A DNA stretch of 54,893 nucleotides from Chloroflexota bacterium (lineage in GTDB: Bacteria > Chloroflexota > Dehalococcoidia > UBA2979): positions 1-54,893 of the forward strand of contig QWQU01000003.1 in assembly GCA_003670735.1 (NCBI GenBank). Direction: 5' to 3'. This document shows, in pieces, positions 26,744-36,401 of the stretch (position 1 is the first letter of the stretch; the number at the start of each line of letters is the position of its first letter). The translations under genes were made by a program, and so were the position numbers. Below the pieces are notes generated by a model. That model did not search any database. It saw only the letters and a list, made by a program, of their open reading frames with translations, and was not told the DNA's origin.

Positions 26744-28003
26744 CTAGGGCTCGTAACGGCGGAAAATGAGCACGGCGTTCTGGCCGCCGAAGCCGAACGA
26801 GTTCTTCATCACCGTGCGCACGTCGGCGGCTCGAGCGACGTTGGCGACGTAGTCGAGGTCGCAGTCCTCGCCGGGATTCTCAAGGTTGAGCGTGGGCGCG
26901 AGCATGCCGTTGCGAATGGTCTGGACGGCCATGACCGCCTCGACGCCGCCGGCGGCGCCGAGCAGGTGGCCGACCTGCGACTTAAAGCTGGAGAGCGGCA
27001 CCTGGTAGGCGCGCTCGCCAAAGACGGTGCGCACGGCTCGGGTCTCCGCGAGGTCGCCAATGTCGGTCGCGGTGGCGTGCGCAGAGATGTAGTCGATCTC
27101 GTCGATGCCGACGCCGGCGTTGCTGAGGGCGAGACGCATTGCGCGTGCGGCGCCCTCGCCATCCTCGGGCGGGGCGACGAGGTAGCGCGCGTCGGCACTC
27201 ACGCCGTAGCCGATCACCTCAGCGAGCGGCTCGGCACCGCGGGCGAGGGCGTGCTCGAGCGCTTCGAGGACGAGGACGCCGGAGCCCTCGGCGGGGGCGA
27301 AGCCGTCGCGGTCGCGGTCGAAGGGCCGCGAGGCCCGCTGCGGCTCGTCGTTGTGGCCAGTGGTCAGGGCGCGCATCGCGCAGAAGGCGGCCAGGCCCAG
27401 CTCGGTGATACCCGCCTCGGCACCACCGGCGAACATGACGTCGGCGTCGCCGCGGCGAATCACCTCGGTCGCATCACCGATCGCCTGCGTGCCTGCCGCG
27501 CAGGCGGTAGTGACGGTGTTGCTATAGCCGAGCAGACCGAGCTGGATGGTGACGTTGCCGGCGGCCATGTTGCCCAGGAACTTCGCGACGTAGAACGGGT
27601 CGACCTTGGAGCCGCCTCGCTCCAGGAGGGTGCGCATCGTGGCGTCCGTCTCCGGGAGGCCGGCACCGCCGTTGCCGATGATCGTGCCGACGCGCTCTCG
27701 ATCGATCGAGGCGAGGTCGAGACCCGAGGCGTCGAGTGCCTGGCGCGCGGCACCAACGGCGAACTGCGCGAAGCGGCCCATGCGCCGCGCGTCCTTGCGG
27801 TCCATGTACTGACTCGGGTCCCAGTCGGGGACCTCGCCGCCGACCTGGCAGGGGTAGTTCGAGGGGTCCACGAGCGTGAGGCGGCGGACGCCGGACTCGC
27901 CCGCGATGGCGCGCGTCCACATCTCCTCGACACTGGTGCCGAGCGGCGAGAGCGCGCCCATGCCAGTGACGACGACACGACGGCGATTGCGGTACTCGGG
28001 CAT
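26744..28003 (-). CDS. fabF: 3-oxoacyl-ACP synthase II
   Basis: RRVVVTGMG, TACAAG, SRPFDRDRDGF, YISAHAT, KSQVGHLLGAAG, NSFGFGGQN. Confidence 0.96.
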   Translation of the reverse strand: MPEYRNRRRVVVTGMGALSPLGTSVEEMWTRAIAGESGVRRLTLVDPSNYPCQVGGEVPDWDPSQYMDRKDARRMGRFAQFAVGAARQALDASGLDLASIDRERVGTIIGNGGAGLPETDATMRTLLERGGSKVDPFYVAKFLGNMAAGNVTIQLGLLGYSNTVTTACAAGTQAIGDATEVIRRGDADVMFAGGAEAGITELGLAAFCAMRALTTGHNDEPQRASRPFDRDRDGFAPAEGSGVLVLEALEHALARGAEPLAEVIGYGVSADARYLVAPPEDGEGAARAMRLALSNAGVGIDEIDYISAHATATDIGDLAETRAVRTVFGERAYQVPLSSFKSQVGHLLGAAGGVEAVMAVQTIRNGMLAPTLNLENPGEDCDLDYVANVARAADVRTVMKNSFGFGGQNAVLIFRRYEP

Positions 28004-28047
28004 GGCTGCCTGATCCTTCACGCACGAGTTTGGGACGTGGAACGAGT

Positions 28048-29454
28048 TTAGCGCAGCCCGAATGCTCGGTCGCCAACGATGCCGAGGAGCACCTCACGGG
28101 CCTCGGCGACGGTGTAGATGCTCCCGGCGACGAGCACAGTGCCGCGCTCGCCGACCTGGGCAGTGGCGATCTCGAGCGCCTCGGCCACGGAGGCGCACTG
28201 CTGGACCATCGCGCCGGCGTCGCTGAAGGCGCGGCGCGTCATCTCGACGTCGGCGGCGCGGGGCGAGGACGGCGGGGCGACGATCACCTCCTCGGCGACT
28301 GGGTTGCCAGCGCCGACGAGCTCGTGCGCAATGGCCTGAGCGTCCTTGCCGGCGAGCAAGCCCGCGACGAGCACGCGCGGGCGCGGCAGAGCGAGCTCGT
28401 GCACGGCCTCGCGGAAGCGCTTCGCAGCGAGCGGGGTGTGCAGGCCATCGATCACGACGAGCGGCTTGTGCTTCAGCACCTCGAACCGGCCGGGCCAGCG
28501 CACGCCCTCGATGCCGGCGCGCACGGCGGCTTCGGGCAGTTCCTCGCCGATGGCCTGCATCGCGAGCTCGGCGGCGCGAATGGCGGTCGCCGCGTTCTCG
28601 CGCTGGTGCGCGCCGAGCAGCGGGTACTTGAGGCCTCGATAGAGACGGACGGGGGTGCGCAGGTCGAGGGTCTGACCTTCGAGGCCTTGCTGCGTGACGT
28701 TCAGCGCGCACTCGTCGGGGACGTGGTGGTGCGTCGCGCCCATCTCGACGGCGCGGGCGTGAATCACCTCGAGCGCAGAGTCGCGCATCGGGGAGGTGAC
28801 GAGGTCGCAGGGGCCAATGATGATGCCGGCCTTCTCGGCGGCGATCTTCGCGATGGTGTCACCGAGGATCTCGGTATGCTCGAGGTCGATGGGGGTGATG
28901 ACGGCGACGTCCTTCGAGGGCATCGCGTTCGTCGTGTCGAGGCGGCCACCGAGGCCAACCTCGACGACCTGCCAGTCGCACTGCGCTTCCGCGCCGGCGA
29001 GCCAGCCGAGCAAGGTCATCGCCTCGAAGTAGGACCAGCCAGCGAGCGACGGGTCGGCGAGCAGGCGATTGGCCAGCGTGGCGAACATGGCGTAGTCGAT
29101 GGGCGCGCCGTCGATCGCGATGCGCTCCCGGGCCTGATGCATGTCGGGCGAGGTGAGCAGCAAGGTGTGCGCGCCAGCCGCGCGCAGGATTGCCTCCGTG
29201 ATCGCGGAGACAGAGCCTTTGCCCTTCGAGCCGGCGACGTGGACGGTGTGGCGCACCTCGGGGTGACCGAGTGCCTCGAGGCGTTCCGTGACGTGGTCGA
29301 CTCGGAAACGACGAGCGTCAGCGGCGTTGCCGGTGCGCTCGAAGCCGCCGTGGTTCAGCAGCCCACGCACGGCGTCGACGTAGCGACGCAGCACGTCCTC
29401 CGCCGGGAGGGCGAGCGCGGCCGCGCTGGCTCGAAGGATGGGGTCAGTGGTCAC
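28048..29454 (-). CDS. folC: Folylpolyglutamate synthase/dihydrofolate synthase
   Basis: HVAGSKGKGS, TSP, EVGLGGRLDTTN, IA.EKAGII, WPGRFE, GSIYTV. Confidence 0.93.
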   Translation of the reverse strand: MTTDPILRASAAALALPAEDVLRRYVDAVRGLLNHGGFERTGNAADARRFRVDHVTERLEALGHPEVRHTVHVAGSKGKGSVSAITEAILRAAGAHTLLLTSPDMHQARERIAIDGAPIDYAMFATLANRLLADPSLAGWSYFEAMTLLGWLAGAEAQCDWQVVEVGLGGRLDTTNAMPSKDVAVITPIDLEHTEILGDTIAKIAAEKAGIIIGPCDLVTSPMRDSALEVIHARAVEMGATHHHVPDECALNVTQQGLEGQTLDLRTPVRLYRGLKYPLLGAHQRENAATAIRAAELAMQAIGEELPEAAVRAGIEGVRWPGRFEVLKHKPLVVIDGLHTPLAAKRFREAVHELALPRPRVLVAGLLAGKDAQAIAHELVGAGNPVAEEVIVAPPSSPRAADVEMTRRAFSDAGAMVQQCASVAEALEIATAQVGERGTVLVAGSIYTVAEAREVLLGIVGDRAFGLR

Positions 29455-29503
29455 GGCTGCATCTTAGGCGCGTGGTCGCGCATGCGCCCCAACCAAATCG
29501 CCG

Positions 29504-30784
29504 CTACCGGCAGGTGCCGATGATCGGCTGATTCGCGGGAATGCCGGTCGCAAAGAGCTGGTTCCATTGCGAGTTCACGGCCTCGATCTGGGTGCCGACG
29601 ACGTAGACCACGAAGTCCCCAGCAGAGTTCGCGACCCAGAACACCCCACGACCAGTCGGACAGCCAGCGGCCGTGACGAGCTGAGCATTCGTGCCCCCGC
29701 TGAACACGAAGACTGCGAACCCGCCATTTGCAGGAGGCGGGGAGCCAGCGGTGATCGTGCCGGCACCGGGCGTGGGGGTCACGGTCGGTGTTGCCGTAGT
29801 CGTGGCGGTCGCGGTCACGCTCGCAGTCGCCGTCGGCACTGGGGTGGCGGTTGGCACTGGTGTGGCGGTCGTGGCCGCGGTTGGCGCGACAGTCACTGTG
29901 ATTGATGCGGTGGCGGTCGGCGTTGGTGTCGGGGTCGAGCCCGTCAGCGTGACCGTGTATGTGCTCGTACCACCAGCGGCAGCAGTGATCGTGATCGTGT
30001 CCGTGCCGGCGAGACCGCCTGACACCTCATATCGGAGTCCGAACATGCCGTCGCCATCCGTACTGAACGACTGGGAATGCGCCCCGTTCAGCAGACCAAT
30101 GCTCGCAGTCACCGTGATCGGGATCCGAGGAGCACGGATGCCCGTGTTGTCGTACACGCTTCGATAGCCGCTCGCGAGAGCACAGAGCGTCTTTGGCCTC
30201 GAACCATCCGCAGGCACGGGGCCGAGCGTGCGGGACGATCCGGGGAAGTCAGACGGCCCACCGCAGCGGCTGCTCGGATCACGGAAGTCAGCATGGAAAT
30301 CGAATGGCGGGATCGGCCCGGCAGGGACGGGAGTTGCCTCGGGGCCGGTCAGGCCGATCGAGTAGTGCTGGCTGTCGCCGGGGTAGTTGATGGTGAGGGC
30401 GTCGGTCGCCGTCACCCCGCCCGCGCCCTGGTAGGTCATCGTGAAGACGCCTCGAGAGTCGGTGACAAAGGACGCTGTCTTGGCGGAGCCGTTGAGCAGG
30501 CCGACCGATACAGAGACGGTGCCCGCGATCTCCGGCGCTCGAATGCCATTCGGCAGCGTCGCGACCAGACCGCAGACCATCATCGTTTGTGAGCCGTCCG
30601 CTTTGACGGGACCACCGAGCGGTTGAGGCAATGGCGATGAGCACGTGGAGGACGTGGCCTGCAGGGCGACATTGGCACCGTATCGATCGGCCGCCGAGGT
30701 GTGCGTAGGCCAGACAGTCGTGAGCACGACAGCCAACGCAAACCCAGTGATCACCAGCGATGCCAGGCCACGAAACAGTCGCAT
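29504..30784 (-). CDS. Secreted protein: two Ig-like (Big_1-like) repeats, Pro/Thr linker and C-terminal ~80-aa domain
   Basis: Signal peptide MRLFRGLASLVITGFALAVVL; repeated GPV.ADGS....C...GIRAP.I..T.S.GLLNG.....F.TD..G.F...Y...GG...TD..TI; TPTPTAT linker. Confidence 0.8.
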   Translation of the reverse strand: MRLFRGLASLVITGFALAVVLTTVWPTHTSAADRYGANVALQATSSTCSSPLPQPLGGPVKADGSQTMMVCGLVATLPNGIRAPEIAGTVSVSVGLLNGSAKTASFVTDSRGVFTMTYQGAGGVTATDALTINYPGDSQHYSIGLTGPEATPVPAGPIPPFDFHADFRDPSSRCGGPSDFPGSSRTLGPVPADGSRPKTLCALASGYRSVYDNTGIRAPRIPITVTASIGLLNGAHSQSFSTDGDGMFGLRYEVSGGLAGTDTITITAAAGGTSTYTVTLTGSTPTPTPTATASITVTVAPTAATTATPVPTATPVPTATASVTATATTTATPTVTPTPGAGTITAGSPPPANGGFAVFVFSGGTNAQLVTAAGCPTGRGVFWVANSAGDFVVYVVGTQIEAVNSQWNQLFATGIPANQPIIGTCR

Positions 30785-30892
30785 GTCGTCCCCCACACCA
30801 AGCGTAATCGAAGCTGCCGGCCTACCCAACGATGATCTCGGTGAAGTCCGCACGCCTCGACCGCATGAGTGGGGGTCGGGTAGGGTGCGGCA

Positions 30893-31597
30893 ATGACGAC
30901 GAGCGACCGTGGGGTGTGGGTGCGGGCGGCGAGCGATCCGCTGGCGGGGCCGGCGGCCTGGGATGGGCTGCAGGTCGGCGACGACGTGCGCCTGGAAGTA
31001 TGGCTGGGGCCGCGCAACGGCGTGGGGGCACAGTACTTCCGCTGCTTCCTGACCTCGGAGCAGGGTCGGCCGGATGACTTCGTCGTGTTCGGACTGCAGC
31101 ACACGGGGCCGTATCCGGCCATGTGCTGGGTCGATGTGATCGAGTACCACGAGACGCTAACGATGCCGGACGGGCGCGCGATCGGCGTGCCGCCGGGGAT
31201 CGAGCGGGCGATCTTCCAGGCGCTGGGCACCTCGGTACCGGCGGGCGGGCACGTGATGGCCGAGTACGACTCGCCGGGACGGCGCGTGACGGCTCGAGCG
31301 CTGGAGCTGCGGGTGCCGCCGGCGGCGACGCCGCTGGGCACGGTGCTGCGGATGGCCGGGCTCGGGGACTACTTCCGAGACTGGTACTACGCCGAGGGCG
31401 GCCGCGAGGGGGCTCGGAAGCTGCAAGGGTTCCGAGCGCTGAACGAGCAGCATGCGCGGGAGCGTGGCCTCGAGATGCTCGTGGAGCTGCGAGCGTTCAT
31501 GGCGGGCGCGGCAGAGCTCGACTGGGGGATCCAGGCCCAGACTCGGCCGCTGGCCGAGGCGGCGATCGCGGACCTGAGCGAGCGCTACGAGAGCTAG
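30893..31597 (+). CDS. DUF1122 family protein
   Basis: PAGGHVMAEYDSP, VPPAATPLG, FRDWYYAEGGREGARKLQG. Confidence 0.85.
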   Translation: MTTSDRGVWVRAASDPLAGPAAWDGLQVGDDVRLEVWLGPRNGVGAQYFRCFLTSEQGRPDDFVVFGLQHTGPYPAMCWVDVIEYHETLTMPDGRAIGVPPGIERAIFQALGTSVPAGGHVMAEYDSPGRRVTARALELRVPPAATPLGTVLRMAGLGDYFRDWYYAEGGREGARKLQGFRALNEQHARERGLEMLVELRAFMAGAAELDWGIQAQTRPLAEAAIADLSERYES

Positions 31598-31944
31598 CGG
31601 CCTGTCGCTCGGCCTCGGGCGGTGCGAGACAGCCACAGCCGCTCACCATTCCGGCAACACGCTCGTGCGAGTTTCCGCTCGGCGATGACCTCGAACCCTC
31701 CGTGGCTCGTTCGCGCCTGACCTCGCGATTGGCAGGCGGTGGATACTTCGGCTCGCGCCGCCGCGGAGTCGCTGGGAGCGGCCGGTTCGGGGTATAAGGG
31801 CTGGAGAGAGACCGGCTATTCCGCCCCCACGCGGATTCTCGATGGATCACTCACATGTACACGGATGCGGCGGCCACGCCGCGATGCTGCGGACTGACGC
31901 AGCCAACGTCCGTCTGGCTCGTATTCGCTCAGGAGGAACAGGCA

Positions 31945-32907
31945 ATGAGTCGCAACATGGCGATCGAGTTGGCTCGAGTGACCGAGGCCGCCGCGCTGGC
32001 CGCCTCGCTGCACGCGGGCAACGGCGACAAGGAGATGGTCGACCAGGCGGCGGTCGACGCGATGCGCCGCACGCTGCAGGAGATCGACGAGTTGGAAGGC
32101 CTGGTGGTGATCGGTGAGGGCGAAAAAGACGCCGCACCGATGCTCTACAACGGCGAGGTGATCGGCTCCGGCCCCCTCAAGTTCGACATTGCAGTGGACC
32201 CGATCGACGGCACGACGCTGATGTCGAAGGGCCTGGCCGGCGCGATCGCGGTGATCGCGATGTCGACACGCGGCAGCATGAACGTGCCGGTCGAAGTCTT
32301 CTATATGGACAAGATCGCGGTCGGTCCGGCCGCGAAGGACGCGATCGACATCAACCTGTCGAAGACCGAGAACCTGCAGCGCATCGCCAAGGCGCTGGGC
32401 AAGCCGATTAACGAGGTCACCGTTGTCGTGCTCGACCGCCCGCGTCATGCGGAGCTGTTGCAGGAGATTCGCGACGCCGGTGCGCGCGTCAAGCTGATCT
32501 CAGACGGTGATGTCGCAGCGGGCATTCAGGCGTCGCTGCCGGGCAGCGAGATCGATGTGCTGATGGGCATCGGCGGTACGCCCGAGGGTGTGATCGTCGC
32601 CGCTGCCATGCGCTGCACGGGCGGCGCGATCCAGTGCAAGCCCTGGCCGCGCGATGACGCCGAGCGCGAGAAGTGCATCGCCATGGGCAGCCTGGACAAG
32701 GTCTACACGACCGAGGACCTGTGCGGTGGCGAGGACGTGTACTTCAGCGCGACGGGCGCGACGACGGGCGAGATGCTCAAGGGCGTGAACGTGCGCGCCG
32801 AGGGCGCGTCTACACACACCGTCGTGATGAGCTCGCACTCCGGCACGATTCGGTGGATCGAGTCCACGCACAACTTCACGCGCCTCGACAAGATGCCGCC
32901 TAAGTAG
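31945..32907 (+). CDS. glpX: Class II fructose-1,6-bisphosphatase
   Basis: ELARVTEAAAL, VVIGEGEKDAAPMLYNGE, DIAVDPIDGT, LDRPRH, DGDV, GIGGTPEGV; AGGAGG RBS. Confidence 0.96.
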   Translation: MSRNMAIELARVTEAAALAASLHAGNGDKEMVDQAAVDAMRRTLQEIDELEGLVVIGEGEKDAAPMLYNGEVIGSGPLKFDIAVDPIDGTTLMSKGLAGAIAVIAMSTRGSMNVPVEVFYMDKIAVGPAAKDAIDINLSKTENLQRIAKALGKPINEVTVVVLDRPRHAELLQEIRDAGARVKLISDGDVAAGIQASLPGSEIDVLMGIGGTPEGVIVAAAMRCTGGAIQCKPWPRDDAEREKCIAMGSLDKVYTTEDLCGGEDVYFSATGATTGEMLKGVNVRAEGASTHTVVMSSHSGTIRWIESTHNFTRLDKMPPK

Positions 32908-32934
32908 GCGGCTACCTCGTAGGACTCGGATAAG

Positions 32935-32966
32935 CAGAGAGGCCCGGTTTGCACCGGGCCTCTCTG
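32935..32966. terminator. Bidirectional terminator between glpX and the aldolase gene
   Basis: CAGAGAGGCCCGGT-TTGC-ACCGGGCCTCTCTG. Confidence 0.8.
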
Positions 32967-32992
32967 TTGAACTCTGTCGTGTGGCTCGCGAG

Positions 32993-34021
32993 CTAGCTGT
33001 TCTCCATCGCAGTCGAGTACGCGCCCTGGCGAGCAGCGGCCGTGACCTTCGCGCGGTGGTAGTACGCCTGCTGTGCAGCCTCGACGTTCTCGGCCTTGCC
33101 GGACCACGCCTTCTGCGGCGCGCCCTGCAGACCTCGGCCGTAGCTGAAGCTGATCTCCCACGGCACGCCGACCTTCTGCGCTTCGCGCGAGACGGCGTCG
33201 AGGTTGATCGTCGCCTCGTCGTCGGGCATGCCGCCGGAGAGGAAGACGATGCCGGGGACGGAGGCGGGGACGCTCTGCTTAAAGCAATCCACGGTCAGCC
33301 GAGCGACCTCGGATGCCGGGGCGCGGTTCGACGCCTGGTTGCCGGACAGCACCATGTTGGTCTTGAGGACGAGGCCCTCGAGCAGGACGCGCTGCTTCGC
33401 GAGCTCTCGGAAGAGCGTGCGCAGCGTGAGGATCGAGACCTCGTGGCAGCGCTCAATCGAGTGCGCGCCGTCGAGCAGGACTTCCGGCTCGACCATCGGG
33501 ACGATGCCGGCCTCCTGGCTCAGCGCGGCATAGCGAGCGAGTGCGTGCGCGTTGGCCTGGATGCAGTACGTCGAGGGGATACCGTCGCCGATCGTGATCA
33601 CGGCGCGCCACTTGCTGAACTTCGCGCCCAGCTGCTTGTACTCGGCGAAGCGCTCACGGAGGCCGTCGAGACCCTGCGTGACGAGCTCGTTCTCCGCGAA
33701 CGGCAGCGCGACCGCGCCGGCGTCCACCTTGATGCCGGGGATCAAGTTCTGGCCGCGCAGCACGTCGACGAGCTGCGTGCCGTCGGCGCCCTTCTGGCGG
33801 AGCGTCTCGTCGTAGAGGATGACGCCGCTGATGAACTCGTTGGCGCCGGCGGTGCGGAACAACATCTCGCGGTAGTCGCGACGGTTGTCCTCGGTGCTCT
33901 CAACCCCGATGGCGTCGAAGCGGCGCTTGATGGTGCCGGAGCTCTCGTCCGCGGCGAGGATGCCCTTGCCCGGGGCGACCATCGCGCGCGCAGTCTCGAT
34001 CAGTTCCTCGTTGATTCCCAC
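32993..34021 (-). CDS. Class I fructose-bisphosphate aldolase
   Basis: PGKGILAADES, GIKVD, KWR, VEPEV, LKTNMV, FLSGG, FSYGRGLQ; GTG 34021 with GAGAGG. Confidence 0.95.
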   Translation of the reverse strand: MGINEELIETARAMVAPGKGILAADESSGTIKRRFDAIGVESTEDNRRDYREMLFRTAGANEFISGVILYDETLRQKGADGTQLVDVLRGQNLIPGIKVDAGAVALPFAENELVTQGLDGLRERFAEYKQLGAKFSKWRAVITIGDGIPSTYCIQANAHALARYAALSQEAGIVPMVEPEVLLDGAHSIERCHEVSILTLRTLFRELAKQRVLLEGLVLKTNMVLSGNQASNRAPASEVARLTVDCFKQSVPASVPGIVFLSGGMPDDEATINLDAVSREAQKVGVPWEISFSYGRGLQGAPQKAWSGKAENVEAAQQAYYHRAKVTAAARQGAYSTAMENS

Positions 34022-34193
34022 AGTGAACTTCCTCTCGACTGGGGTGCGCCCGGACGGGGCGCTGGCTGGCCCCCAAGGCGCGGCAATATTACTGCCATTT
34101 CTCGGGCGCGAGCATAGCAGCGAAGGTGCGCTAGGAGCCCTCCTACATTGTGCTGAATCGCGCAGAACAGAGTTATGGCGAGCGGGTGGGGTG

Positions 34194-35138
34194 CTACTCG
34201 GGCAGGCGGGAGACTCGAACCTGCGGGCGGAGCTCCTCGACGTCCGCGCGGGTGCGCAGGACGTTGCCCTGCGCCAGACAGGTGGCACTGCCGGTGGCTG
34301 CCGCGAGGGTCAGGGCTGGCTCCCATGCACCGTCTCGTACCAGCCCGCAGACAAGACCGCTCGTGAAGCCGTCGCCGGCGCCTACGGCCGATTCGACCGT
34401 GATCTGCGGCGGGCGGACGAGGTACTCGCCGTCCGTCGTGACGGCGACGGCACCCTCGCCGCCGAGGGTGATCACGACATTGGCGATACCTGTGCCCTGC
34501 AGCTTGCGAGCCGCCTTGAGCGCCGCTTGTTCGTCGTCGATCTCGGTATGGCAGAGCCTCGAGAGCTCGTACTCGTTCATCTTCAGCAGCGTCGGGTACG
34601 CGCCAGACGCCAGTACGACTTCGACGACCGGACCGTCCGCATCGAGCGCCGTGAACGCGGCCATCTCGGTTGCCATGCGAATCAGACCGGCATAGATCGC
34701 GGGGTCACCCGGCGGCGGGATCGATCCGGCCAGCACCACCCACGAGCCTGGCGTCAGGTGTGCTCGCAGGCGCTGGTGCAGCTCGTCGATCGCCGCGGGC
34801 TCTAGCTGCGGGCCGGGCAGCAGGAGCTGCGTCGAGGTGTGCGTGGAGCGGTCGAGCACGGTGATGTTCGTGCGCGTCTCACCGGAGACATGGACGAAGT
34901 CGCACTCGATGCCGCTGTCGATCAGCTGCTGCTCGATCAGGCGGCCGCGCTGCCCCGGCGCCAGCCCACAGGCGAGCGCATCGAAGCCGAGCGCCTTCAC
35001 GCCGCGCGCGACATTGATGCCCTTGCCGCTGATGTCGAGACGCAGGGGCGCGCACACGCGGTTGGTATCGGAGATGGCAAACCCCTCGACCTCTACGGTC
35101 TGGTCGAGTGCCGGGTTGAGGGTGACCGTGACGATCAT
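34194..35138 (-). CDS. 1-phosphofructokinase/PfkB-family hexose kinase
   Basis: MIVTVTLNPALD, GKGINVAR, TRTN, GSIPP, KMNEYEL, VGAGDGF. Confidence 0.93.
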   Translation of the reverse strand: MIVTVTLNPALDQTVEVEGFAISDTNRVCAPLRLDISGKGINVARGVKALGFDALACGLAPGQRGRLIEQQLIDSGIECDFVHVSGETRTNITVLDRSTHTSTQLLLPGPQLEPAAIDELHQRLRAHLTPGSWVVLAGSIPPPGDPAIYAGLIRMATEMAAFTALDADGPVVEVVLASGAYPTLLKMNEYELSRLCHTEIDDEQAALKAARKLQGTGIANVVITLGGEGAVAVTTDGEYLVRPPQITVESAVGAGDGFTSGLVCGLVRDGAWEPALTLAAATGSATCLAQGNVLRTRADVEELRPQVRVSRLPE

Positions 35139-35306
35139 GGGGGGAGAGCTCCGGGGTGTGATTCCCCTGTATTCCAATCTTAGGAGCCTCTGCACGCTCC
35201 CGACTAGCCCTCGCCGAAGCGACGGCGCGGCCGGTGGCGCGCGTGTTTGCCCGCGTGGAGGGCGCCTCGCTACCCTCGGGGCTCGAGAGCACGAGAGGAG
35301 CGGCGT

Positions 35307-36401
35307 GTGCCGCAGACCCTGAGCGTCATCAAGGCAGACGTTGGCGGCTGGGTGGGCCACTCGGCCATGCACCCGGACGTACTGGCACGAGCGGCGGAGG
35401 CGATGGCCGCAGCGACGGCATCGGGGATGCTGCTCGACGGGCAGGCGCACGCGTGCGGCGACGACCTGTTCCTGGTGATGTCGCACATCCACGGGGTCGA
35501 CCACGAGATCGTGCACCGGCTGGCGTGGGATACGTTCCGCGCCGGGACCGAGGTCGCGAAGGGCCTCGGGCTCTACGGAGCGGGGCAGGACCTGCTCGCC
35601 GACGCGTTCTCCGGGAACATCCGCGGGATGGGGCCGGGCTCGGCAGAGATGGAGATCGAGGAGCGCCAGTCCGAGCCGGTGATCGTGTTCATGGGCGACA
35701 AGACCTCGTCGGGCTCGTTCAACCTGCCGCTGTTCAAGATGTTCGCTGACCCGTTCAACACCTCCGGGCTCGTGATCGCGGAGACGCTGCACCAGGGCTT
35801 CTCGTTCGAAGTGCATGACATCAAAGAGCACAAGAAGCTGATGCTGACGGCGCCCGAGGAGGTCTATGACCTGCTCGCGTTCATCGGGTCGCCTTCGCGG
35901 TATGCGGTGAAGCGCGTGGTCTCGCGCGCGACGGGCGAGGTGGCGGCGGTGTCGTCGACGGACAAGCTGTCGTTGCTCGCCGGTCGGTACGTCGGCAAGG
36001 ATGACCCGACGCTGATCGTGCGCTGCCAGGGGAACTTCCCGGCGGTTGGCGAAATCCTGGAGCCATTCACGACGGCGTGGACGGTCGAGGGGTTCATGCG
36101 CGGCTCGCACTACGGGCCGTGGATGCCGGTCGCACAGCGCAACTCGAACGCCTCGCGGTTTGACGGGCCACCTCGTGTGGTAGCGCTGGGGTTCCAGCTG
36201 CACGATGGCAAGCTTGGGATGTCGCGCGACCTGTTCGACGATCCAGGCTTCGACAACGCGCGCGCCGAGGCGAACCGCGTCGCGGACTACCTGCGCAAGC
36301 ACGGCCCGTTCGAGCCGCACCGGTTACCACTCGACGAGATGGAGTACACCTCGATGCCGGCAGTCGCCGCGAAGATCGGCACGCGCTGGGTGGATCTTTA
36401 A
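35307..36401 (+). CDS. fbp: Bifunctional FBP aldolase/phosphatase (class V)
   Basis: TLSVIKADVGG..GH, GDD, LYGAGQDLL.DAFSGNIRGMGPG, FADPFNT, YVGKDDP, GFMRGSH, RFDGPPRV, HGPFEPHRLP. Confidence 0.96.
   Translation: MPQTLSVIKADVGGWVGHSAMHPDVLARAAEAMAAATASGMLLDGQAHACGDDLFLVMSHIHGVDHEIVHRLAWDTFRAGTEVAKGLGLYGAGQDLLADAFSGNIRGMGPGSAEMEIEERQSEPVIVFMGDKTSSGSFNLPLFKMFADPFNTSGLVIAETLHQGFSFEVHDIKEHKKLMLTAPEEVYDLLAFIGSPSRYAVKRVVSRATGEVAAVSSTDKLSLLAGRYVGKDDPTLIVRCQGNFPAVGEILEPFTTAWTVEGFMRGSHYGPWMPVAQRNSNASRFDGPPRVVALGFQLHDGKLGMSRDLFDDPGFDNARAEANRVADYLRKHGPFEPHRLPLDEMEYTSMPAVAAKIGTRWVDL

Noticed and set aside
29760-29945. Short repeated DNA units that could suggest an array
   Set aside because: They encode a Pro/Thr/Ala linker; no constant repeat-spacer structure, so not CRISPR.
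31598-31944. Long intergenic region before glpX as a riboswitch
   Set aside because: No recognisable aptamer motif or expression platform by eye.
35139-36320. Apparent 708-aa fusion upstream of the PfkB kinase
   Set aside because: The extension is the antisense of fbp; the kinase begins at MIVTVTLN (35138).
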